A DNA stretch of 17,357 nt from Candidatus Iainarchaeum sp. (GCA_030649345.1 JAUSKK010000055.1:1-17357), one strand, 5' to 3'. Positions 1-5,438 are shown, counted from the first letter of the stretch. Numbers and translations are program-made. Notes: generated from the sequence alone by a model not told the origin.

Positions 1-1
1 C

Positions 2-115
2 ATTAACTTTAATAATTTGAAAGCCTACAGTAAATTAAAACCAGATATTGTCAGTATGGGTTCATTGACTCATTCAGTGCATGGAATTAATTTTTCTTTG
101 GAAATAAAAAAGTGA
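2..115 (+). CDS. nadC: 3' end of a quinolinate phosphoribosyltransferase-like gene (partial, runs off the window start)
   Basis: Frame 2 translates to INFNNLKAYSKLKPDIVSMGSLTHSVHGINFSLEIKK, with stop TGA at 113-115. The S-x-G-x-LTHS motif followed by a short tail is typical of NadC C-termini. The gene ends 4 nt before nadD. Confidence 0.5.
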   Translation: MNFNNLKAYSKLKPDIVSMGSLTHSVHGINFSLEIKK

Positions 116-119
116 AATT

Positions 120-746
120 ATGGGAAAAAAATCTAAAAAAATAAAAGTCGGTGTCTTGGGCGGATCATTCAATCCAGTTCATTTAGGCCACTTAATTGCA
201 GCCGAAGAAGTTTTGCGCAAAAATGCCTGTGATGAAGTCTGGTTCATGCCTTGTTATAAGCATGCGATTAAGTCTGAAAAAGATTTAGCTAAACCAGTGC
301 ATAGAGTTCAAATGCTTGCAAAAGCTTTGCCTAAAGATTCAAGGTATGTGGTTTCAACATTTGAAATTGAACGAGGCGATTTAGAAAATAAAACCAGCTA
401 TACGATTGATACATTAAAAGCTTTGAAAAAAAATTATCCCAATTATGAATTTTTTTGGATCATGGGTTCTAATTTATCCCATGAATTTCATAAATGGAAA
501 CAAGCCAGCGATCTAGTTAAAGAAATTAAAATAATTATTATTGCCATTCCTGGTTTTGATGTAAAAAAGTTTGTAACTCGTTCACTGTTTGGAAAAAATA
601 AACCCATTGTCTTGGAAACCAGTGTTGTGATGACCAATATTTCTTCCAGCTTAATCCGGGAATTAATTAAAGCCCAAAAAAGCATTCATTTTTTGGTTCC
701 AGAAAAAGTACGTGAATACATTGAAGAAAACAAACTCTATCGATAA
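120..746 (+). CDS. nadD: Nicotinate/nicotinamide mononucleotide adenylyltransferase, bacterial NadD type
   Basis: ATG at 120. The N-terminal motif is GVLGGSFNPVHLGHL (GxFxPxHxGH nucleotidyltransferase signature in its NadD form). The C-terminal motif NISSSLIR matches ISSTxIR. Length is 208 aa. Confidence 0.85.
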   Translation: MGKKSKKIKVGVLGGSFNPVHLGHLIAAEEVLRKNACDEVWFMPCYKHAIKSEKDLAKPVHRVQMLAKALPKDSRYVVSTFEIERGDLENKTSYTIDTLKALKKNYPNYEFFWIMGSNLSHEFHKWKQASDLVKEIKIIIIAIPGFDVKKFVTRSLFGKNKPIVLETSVVMTNISSSLIRELIKAQKSIHFLVPEKVREYIEENKLYR

Positions 747-1089
747 ACTTTCCTTTACTCAAAAAGTTTGGTGTGCTTGTTCATTGATTCCAAAAGGAAA
801 AGTTTCAACTTATCAAGAGCTAGCGCGATTTCTTGGACAACCGAATTCTTTTCGTGCAGTTGGAAATGCACTTAACAAAAATTTAGACATTCCTGGAATT
901 CCTTGTCATCGTGTGATTAATTCAAGTGGTGAATTAGGTGGTTATGTTTTGGGTGTAAAAAAGAAAATTGCTTTATTGAACCAAGAAGGAATTCAAATTG
1001 AAAAAAATCATATTTTGAACTTGAACAAAGTTTTAATAACTGCAAAAGAATTAAAACAAGTCTATCGAGCAGTAGCGAAGATAGACTAA
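712..1089 (+). CDS. ogt: Short methylated-DNA-protein-cysteine methyltransferase (C-terminal active-site domain only)
   Basis: FTQKVW...IPKGKVSTYQELA...RAVGNAL...IPCHRVINSSGELGGY matches the MGMT DNA-binding/active-site domain with the PCHRV cysteine. The start is uncertain (GTG 712 or TTG 721) and overlaps the nadD 3' end. Confidence 0.8.
   Translation: MNTLKKTNSIDKLSFTQKVWCACSLIPKGKVSTYQELARFLGQPNSFRAVGNALNKNLDIPGIPCHRVINSSGELGGYVLGVKKKIALLNQEGIQIEKNHILNLNKVLITAKELKQVYRAVAKID
1027..1057 (+). repeat. Direct repeat copy A (3' coding end of ogt)
   Basis: aaagttttaataactgcaaaagaattaaaac is 28/31 identical to 1165-1195. The offset is exactly 138 nt (46 codons), so both copies are in the same reading frame. 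Confidence 0.85.
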
Positions 1090-1106
1090 CACGCCAGCTG
1101 GGTTAT

Positions 1107-1153
1107 ACTGCAAAATCAAAAATTTTGCATATACGCAAAATTGCAATTTTGCG
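1107..1153. promoter_or_regulatory. Array of four alternating GCAAAAT/ATTTTGC segments around a TATA tetranucleotide
   Basis: TGCAAAAT (1109-1116) and ATTTTGCA (1122-1129) form an 8-bp hairpin with a 5-nt loop. CGCAAAATTGCAATTTTGCG (1134-1153) is a perfect 20-nt palindrome. Segments 2 and 3 can alternatively pair (ATTTTGC 1122-1128 with GCAAAAT 1135-1141). The array lies 50-95 nt upstream of ilvE. Confidence 0.45.
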
Positions 1154-1164
1154 GTACGGCTGAG

Positions 1165-1195
1165 AAAGTGTTAATAACTGCAAAAGACCTAAAAC
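1165..1195 (+). repeat. Direct repeat copy B (relic ogt 3' end abutting the ilvE start)
   Basis: aaagtgttaataactgcaaaagacctaaaac. In the ogt frame it reads KVLITAKDLKRIQ and then TGA at 1204-1206, which overlaps the ilvE ATG at 1203-1205 (ATGA). Confidence 0.85.
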
Positions 1196-1202
1196 GTATT
1201 CA

Positions 1203-2117
1203 ATGATTGAATCAAAGTTTATTTGGATGGATGAAAAATTTGTTCCTTGGAAAAAAGCCCAAGTTCATGTTTTAAGTCATGCTTTGCATTATGGCACAGG
1301 TGTATTTGAAGGCATTCGTTTTTATAAAACTAAGAAAGGTTCGGCAATTTTTCGCTTGCAAGATCATGTTCATCGATTGGTTGAGTCTTGGAAAATTTTT
1401 GGAGAAGAGCTTGCTTTAAGTGAAAAACAATTATGCAAAGCCATTATTGAAACTGTGAAAGTCAATAAGCTCAAAGAAGGATATATTCGTCCTTTAATTT
1501 TTTTAGGCTATGATCGCATGGGTTTAGATCCTACTGGTTTGCCGGTGCATGTAATGATTGCTTGTTTTGAATTTCCAGCCTATTTAGGTGAAAAGGCTGT
1601 GCGTCAAGGAATTCATTGCAATGTAAGTTCTTTTTCAAGAATTCATCCCAATTCCATGATGACCAAGGCAAAGTGTACTGGAAATTATATTAATAGTGTT
1701 TTGGCTAAACGTGAAAGCAAAGACGAAGGTTATGATGAAGCTATTCTTTTAGACCATCAAGGCTTTGTAAGTGAATGTACTGGCGAGAATTTGTTTTTGG
1801 TCCGCAAAGGTAAATTGATTACCCCTCAAAGTGCAACTGTGTTGGAAGGAATTACAAGAGAAAGTATTTTGGAGATTGTGAGAAAAGAAAAAATTCCAAC
1901 CCTTGAAGAAACTGTTACTCGAGATGAATTGTATTCTGCAGAAGAAGTGTTTGTTTGCGGTACGGCTGCAGAAATTACTCCAGTAATTGAAATTGATCAC
2001 CGTAGTATTGGTTCCGGAAAACCTGGAAAAGTTACAATGCATTTACAGAAAACATTTTTTGAAATTGTGCACGGAGAAAATTCTAAATACAAACACTGGT
2101 TAACTTTAATAAAATAG
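1203..2117 (+). CDS. ilvE: Branched-chain amino acid aminotransferase (fold type IV PLP enzyme)
   Basis: 304 aa. It begins WMDEKFVPWKKAQVHVLSHALHYGTGVFEGIRFY and contains ECTGENLFLV, EGITRES and VFVCGTAAEITPV, the typical IlvE layout. Confidence 0.9.
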   Translation: MIESKFIWMDEKFVPWKKAQVHVLSHALHYGTGVFEGIRFYKTKKGSAIFRLQDHVHRLVESWKIFGEELALSEKQLCKAIIETVKVNKLKEGYIRPLIFLGYDRMGLDPTGLPVHVMIACFEFPAYLGEKAVRQGIHCNVSSFSRIHPNSMMTKAKCTGNYINSVLAKRESKDEGYDEAILLDHQGFVSECTGENLFLVRKGKLITPQSATVLEGITRESILEIVRKEKIPTLEETVTRDELYSAEEVFVCGTAAEITPVIEIDHRSIGSGKPGKVTMHLQKTFFEIVHGENSKYKHWLTLIK

Positions 2118-2122
2118 TTCAC

Positions 2123-2596
2123 TTATTTTTTGCGCCTTTCTTTTAATTCACGCAATGTTCTATCCACTTCAGTTCTTCCAGCGGCAACTTGTTCTGGAAC
2201 TGTCCTTAAAACTTCGGAGCTCATTGCATGCTTTATAGTTCCATTAATAATTCCATCGACATTGCTCATTCGTAATCCAAATGTAAATCCAAAAGCGCCT
2301 TTAGCTTCTCTGTATCTTTCTTTTAATTCTGGATTGTTTCTAAGCAAAGGAGAATCTAGTCTTTGTTTCATTGCATGCAATTGTGTTCTAAAATGTTCAA
2401 ATTTTTCTATTGTGCTCATGGGATTAACACTTCTTTTGTACTTTTCAACAAATGCTCCATTAATGGATAAATGTAATAATTGCAATTCTCTTCCCATTCT
2501 GGATTGAATTAAACTCAAGCGAATGTGTGCCAATGGTTTTCGTGGAATAATTTTTCGAATCAGTCTTTTTGATTTTGAAAGAGGTTTTGCCTGCAT
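2123..2596 (-). CDS. Hypothetical protein, about 157 aa, with basic N- and C-termini
   Basis: This is the longest ORF here, and its K/E/R-rich composition resembles neighbouring real genes. The antisense ORF 2130..2507 is S/L/C-rich and looks spurious. ATG at 2596 is preferred over the TTG at 2605 used by the ORF track. I recognise no motif. Confidence 0.55.
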   Translation of the reverse strand: MQAKPLSKSKRLIRKIIPRKPLAHIRLSLIQSRMGRELQLLHLSINGAFVEKYKRSVNPMSTIEKFEHFRTQLHAMKQRLDSPLLRNNPELKERYREAKGAFGFTFGLRMSNVDGIINGTIKHAMSSEVLRTVPEQVAAGRTEVDRTLRELKERRKK

Positions 2597-2643
2597 ATCA
2601 ATCAATTGTTTTTGTTTTATTTATTTGTTCTTATTTGTTTCAA

Positions 2644-2684
2644 AGTTTGTCCAACAAATGGAGCTACCTTTTTTTGGACAAACT
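2644..2684. promoter_or_regulatory. 11-bp perfect inverted repeat with a 19-nt spacer
   Basis: AGTTTGTCCAA (2644-2654) and TTGGACAAACT (2674-2684) are exact reverse complements. They lie 48-88 nt upstream of the minus-strand ATG at 2596, just beyond an A/T-rich TATA-like stretch (about 2612-2630). Confidence 0.4.
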
Positions 2685-2874
2685 GCTCTTAATTGTTTGT
2701 TTTTCAAACTTTTTTTTGTTTTATTCTTATTTTTCCGTATTCTGAAGGGTTTTATTTTTTGGAGTTGATATAATAGAGTGGACAATCCATGAGTAGTTAA
2801 CTCGTGTTTTGTACATCACCCCGAGTTCTGAGAGTAAAGGAATCAGGCTTTTTGAAGCTTGAATAAAGGCAAAA

Positions 2875-2910
2875 GAGGAAAGGTGTGGGATTCTAATTAG
2901 CCCTTTCCTC
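2875..2910. terminator. Hairpin with a 9-bp perfect stem and 18-nt loop; probable terminator of the DUF192 gene, possibly bidirectional
   Basis: GAGGAAAGG (2875-2883) pairs with CCTTTCCTC (2902-2910). On the minus strand it lies 17 nt after the stop at 2928-2930 and is followed by TTTTGCCTTTATT. On the plus strand it is followed by AGTTTTAA. Confidence 0.5.
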
Positions 2911-2927
2911 AGTTTTAACTTCTGGAA

Positions 2928-3278
2928 TTATTTCCATTCCAGTACGTCATTTAGTTGTACTTGATTTATTTTTTCTTCCGGTAATTCAATAGCGTATTGT
3001 ATTTTGTTTTTAGGCGTATAATTTAACTGAAACGGTTTTAAGTGTGCAATTTCCACAATCTTTTTTTCAGAATTTAAAAAAAGAACTACGATCGGAAAGA
3101 ATACAAACATCATATGCAAACTGGCTTGCATTCGAACTTCTTTTTCAAAATCAAATACTAAAGCATAATTAAAGTTTTTTTGGTTTTCAAACATTAAACC
3201 TTTGGCTTTCTGATGCCGTGTTTGAGCTAGCTTGACTTTTTCGATTATAATTTGGTTTTGGGTTTTATTGAATAACAT
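2928..3278 (-). CDS. DUF192 family protein
   Basis: 116 aa. The pattern ...AQTRHQKAKGLMF...ALVFDF...LHMMFVFFPIVVLFLNSEKKIVEI...YAIELPE... fits the DUF192 (COG1430) layout of R-x-x-GLM, a small beta-rich core and a C-terminal y-v-l-E. Confidence 0.65.
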   Translation of the reverse strand: MLFNKTQNQIIIEKVKLAQTRHQKAKGLMFENQKNFNYALVFDFEKEVRMQASLHMMFVFFPIVVLFLNSEKKIVEIAHLKPFQLNYTPKNKIQYAIELPEEKINQVQLNDVLEWK

Positions 3279-3288
3279 TATGTATTAA

Positions 3289-3525
3289 TTAGTGTGCGTG
3301 TTTTTCTTTTTTTGCATGTTCTTCATGAATGAGTTCTAAAGGCGGTACTATAATTTCTTCCAAAATTTTTACATGCTGTTGGGGTGTCGGAATTCTTTTG
3401 CTGGATTTGATTCCTTTTCGTTCTCTAATTTTTGCGGCAATTTGGTCAATTTCAGTCATATCTATTTCTAGTTCTTTAATCATATCCCGCAATTTAATGG
3501 CTTTTTCTAAATTCAATGTCTTCAT
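3289..3525 (-). CDS. Small protein with an N-terminal UVR-like motif
   Basis: 78 aa. NLEKAIKLRDMIKELE resembles the UvrB/UvrC UVR motif (fExAaxlRDxIxxL). The gene is 10 nt upstream of, and co-oriented with, the DUF192 gene. The C-terminus is His-rich. Confidence 0.45.
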   Translation of the reverse strand: MKTLNLEKAIKLRDMIKELEIDMTEIDQIAAKIRERKGIKSSKRIPTPQQHVKILEEIIVPPLELIHEEHAKKEKHAH

Positions 3526-3633
3526 TCCAATCCACTGTATTATTTGGTTTTTTTGTTTTATTAATTGTATTGGTTTTAGAATTGTACTAGTCTTGGCTTG
3601 TTTTTAAACCCTTTTGTAATATTCTATTAATTT

Positions 3634-4335
3634 ATGCAGCCTTTAAGTTCCATTGCCTTTATTCCAGATGGAAATCGCAGATTTTCTGTCAAAAGTAATA
3701 TTCCTTTGCTGGAATCTTATAAATTGGGCACCCAGAAAGCTTGGGATGTTATGCATTGGATGAAAAACTATCCTGAAATTAAGGTTGGAACATTTTATAC
3801 TTTGTCTTTGGAAAACCTGCAAAGAAAACAAATCGAACTCAAAGTATTGTATTCTATTTTTGATCAAGAATTAGAAAAAGCTTTGAATGATTCTTTTTTG
3901 AAAGCCAATCAAATTAAATTAAAATTTATTGGAAAAATTAAATTATTGCCTGTAAAAATGCAGAAAAAAATTGAAGAAGTTGAACAAGCAACCGCTGATT
4001 TTTCTTTACGTACCATTAATTTAGCAATTGGTTATAATGGCCAGGATGAAATTGTAGATGCAGCTAAACAAATTGCAGTTGATTATCAAGCCGGCAAACT
4101 CAATATTGATTCTTTAACTCCTGAAAAATTCAATTCTTACCTTTATTCTGATTTTGCAGACCCTGATTTAATTGTCCGAACTTCAGGAACTCAAAGACTC
4201 AGCGGATTTTTAACGTACAAGTCTTCGTATTCTGAGTTTTATTTCTCTCAAAAATTTTGGCCAGAATTTTCAGCCCAAGATTTAGATTTAGCTGTGCAAG
4301 ATTATTATGCACGGCAAAGAAAGTTTGGATTGTAA
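3634..4335 (+). CDS. uppS: cis-prenyltransferase (undecaprenyl/polyprenyl diphosphate synthase family)
   Basis: IAFIPDGNRRF near the N-terminus, and IVRTSGTQRLSGFLTYKSSYSEFYFSQKFWPEF...YYARQRKFG at the C-terminus, match UppS signatures (DGNRR; RTSGExRLSxFLLWQ...RRFG). Confidence 0.85.
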   Translation: MQPLSSIAFIPDGNRRFSVKSNIPLLESYKLGTQKAWDVMHWMKNYPEIKVGTFYTLSLENLQRKQIELKVLYSIFDQELEKALNDSFLKANQIKLKFIGKIKLLPVKMQKKIEEVEQATADFSLRTINLAIGYNGQDEIVDAAKQIAVDYQAGKLNIDSLTPEKFNSYLYSDFADPDLIVRTSGTQRLSGFLTYKSSYSEFYFSQKFWPEFSAQDLDLAVQDYYARQRKFGL

Positions 4336-4344
4336 TTGACTGTT

Positions 4345-4872
4345 ATGATAAAACCAAAAAAAGACAAAGTATTGTTTGTTTTAACCGGCGGAACCATTGA
4401 TTCTCAGTTTTCTGCAACCGAAGACACTGTAAAACCATTAAAAGAATCAGTGATTCCAGCCTATCTTAAAAGTCTGCGCTTGTTTTCAAATTTTACTTTC
4501 AAAACTTTGTTTATGAAAGACAGCCGAAAAGTAACGTACGCGGATCGTGTCCAAATTGCAAGTGCCATTAAGAAATTCAATTCAAAAAAAATTATTGTAA
4601 CTCATGGAACGTATACTTTAATTGAAACTGCTCGTTTTCTAAAAAAATCTTTTGAAAATTCAGACCAAGTAATTATTGTAACTGGTTCTTTGATTCCTTT
4701 GGTTGGATTTAAGGATTCGGATGCTTCGTTTAATTTAGGTTTTGCTTTAGCTTGTTCTCGTTTTTTGTCACCAGGTGTTTATGTCTGCATGAATGGTGAA
4801 GCGTATGATCCCGAAAACGTAGACAAACAATTAAGCGTGGGTCTGTTTAAGCCACTAAAAATTAAAGCATAA
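4345..4872 (+). CDS. Asparaginase/glutaminase-family protein consisting of the N-terminal domain only
   Basis: VLFVLTGGTIDS matches the TGGTI catalytic Thr motif. IIVTHGTYTLIETARFL corresponds to HGTDT but has Tyr in place of Asp. TGSLIP and DASFNL match TGAMRP and DGPxNL. Length is about 175 aa against about 330 aa for complete type I enzymes. ATG at 4345 is preferred over TTG at 4336. Confidence 0.65.
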   Translation: MIKPKKDKVLFVLTGGTIDSQFSATEDTVKPLKESVIPAYLKSLRLFSNFTFKTLFMKDSRKVTYADRVQIASAIKKFNSKKIIVTHGTYTLIETARFLKKSFENSDQVIIVTGSLIPLVGFKDSDASFNLGFALACSRFLSPGVYVCMNGEAYDPENVDKQLSVGLFKPLKIKA

Positions 4873-4895
4873 ACTTTTCCTAGTTCGTGATTTTT

Positions 4896-5231
4896 ATGGA
4901 AACCAAACCAATTGTTGAATTTAGTGATTTTGAAAAATTAGACATTCGAATTGGCGCAGTGTTAAGCGCAGAACGAATTCCAAATAGTGACAAATTGTTG
5001 AAATTGGAAGTTGATTTTGGTTTAGAAAAACGCCAAATTTTGACTGGAATGGCTGAATTTTATTCACCAGAACATTTTGTCAACAAACAGTTTCCTTTTC
5101 TATTAAACATTCCTGTGCGCAAAATTCGAGGCTTAGAAAGCCAAGGAATGCTTTTATCGCCAGACGTCAATGGAGTTCCTACTTTGTTTGCTTTAGAAAA
5201 ACCAGTGCCGAATGGCAGTTCCTTGATGTGA
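4896..5231 (+). CDS. Stand-alone tRNA-binding OB-fold protein (Trbp111 / MetRS C-terminal domain type)
   Basis: FSDFEKLDIRIGAVLSAERIPNSDKLLKLEVDFGLEKRQILTGMAEFYSPE...SQGMLLS matches the tRNA_bind domain pattern. ATG at 4896 is preferred over GTG at 4887. Confidence 0.8.
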   Translation: METKPIVEFSDFEKLDIRIGAVLSAERIPNSDKLLKLEVDFGLEKRQILTGMAEFYSPEHFVNKQFPFLLNIPVRKIRGLESQGMLLSPDVNGVPTLFALEKPVPNGSSLM

Positions 5232-5243
5232 GGCTTTTGCCAT

Positions 5244-5263
5244 AGTATATACAAGTATATACT
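5244..5263. repeat. Tandem 10-nt direct repeat, each unit containing the palindrome GTATATAC
   Basis: AGTATATACA and AGTATATACT are adjacent (5244-5253 and 5254-5263). The two GTATATAC palindromes are spaced one helical turn apart, 55-75 nt upstream of the tRNA gene. Confidence 0.6.
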
Positions 5264-5283
5264 TCAATCCAAAACCAATATCC

Positions 5284-5291
5284 TTAATAAA
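5284..5291 (+). promoter_or_regulatory. Candidate archaeal TATA box for tRNA-Gln
   Basis: TTAATAAA lies 27-34 nt upstream of tRNA position 1 (5318), the expected distance for an archaeal TATA element. Confidence 0.35.
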
Positions 5292-5317
5292 GTTTTAACT
5301 GCTAAGTCTTATAGTAT

Positions 5318-5407
5318 AGCCCCGTCGTATAGTGGCCAAGTATTCTAGACTCTGATATTGAAATTTGGAGTTCTCTGGAGACAGGAGTTCGAATCTCCTC
5401 GGGGCTA
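5318..5407 (+). tRNA. tRNA-Gln(CUG), intron-containing (exons 5318-5355 and 5373-5407; 17-nt intron 5356-5372). No encoded CCA.
   Basis: Hand-folded cloverleaf. Acceptor AGCCCCG/CGGGGCT with A1-U72. D arm GTAT-AGTGGCCAA-GTAT. Anticodon stem CTAGA/TCTGG. Loop CTCTGA..C with anticodon CTG. T arm AGGAG-TTCGAAT-CTCCT. Discriminator A. The intron sits between positions 37 and 38, with a 4-bp helix CTCT/GGAG flanked by the 3-nt bulges GAT and TTC. Confidence 0.85.
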
Positions 5408-5411
5408 TATC

Positions 5412-5438
5412 CCTTTTTCTTTTGCGAAAAGAAAAAGG
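5412..5438. terminator. Perfect 12-bp hairpin with a 3-nt loop, immediately 3' of the tRNA
   Basis: CCTTTTTCTTTT-GCG-AAAAGAAAAAGG starts 5 nt after the tRNA 3' end. Its 5' arm is itself an oligo-T run (TTTTTCTTTT), the usual archaeal termination signal. Confidence 0.5.

Noticed and set aside
1027-1195. The ogt-end repeat pair considered as a diversity-generating retroelement VR/TR pair.
   Set aside because: The mismatches are not adenine-specific (T/G and AT/CC), the repeat is only 31 nt long, and no reverse transcriptase is present in the window.
2523-2768. 81-aa plus-strand ORF, extremely Phe- and Leu-rich.
   Set aside because: It is the translation of a T-rich intergenic tract. It overlaps the 5' end of the better minus-strand gene and has no motif, so it is most likely not coding.
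2785-2835. A possible C/D-box sRNA (ATGAGTA ... CTGA on the plus strand; GTGATGTA on the minus strand).
   Set aside because: The box sequences deviate from RUGAUGA. There is no matching C'/D' pair, and on the minus strand no D box follows the C-like box, so box order and spacing do not fit.
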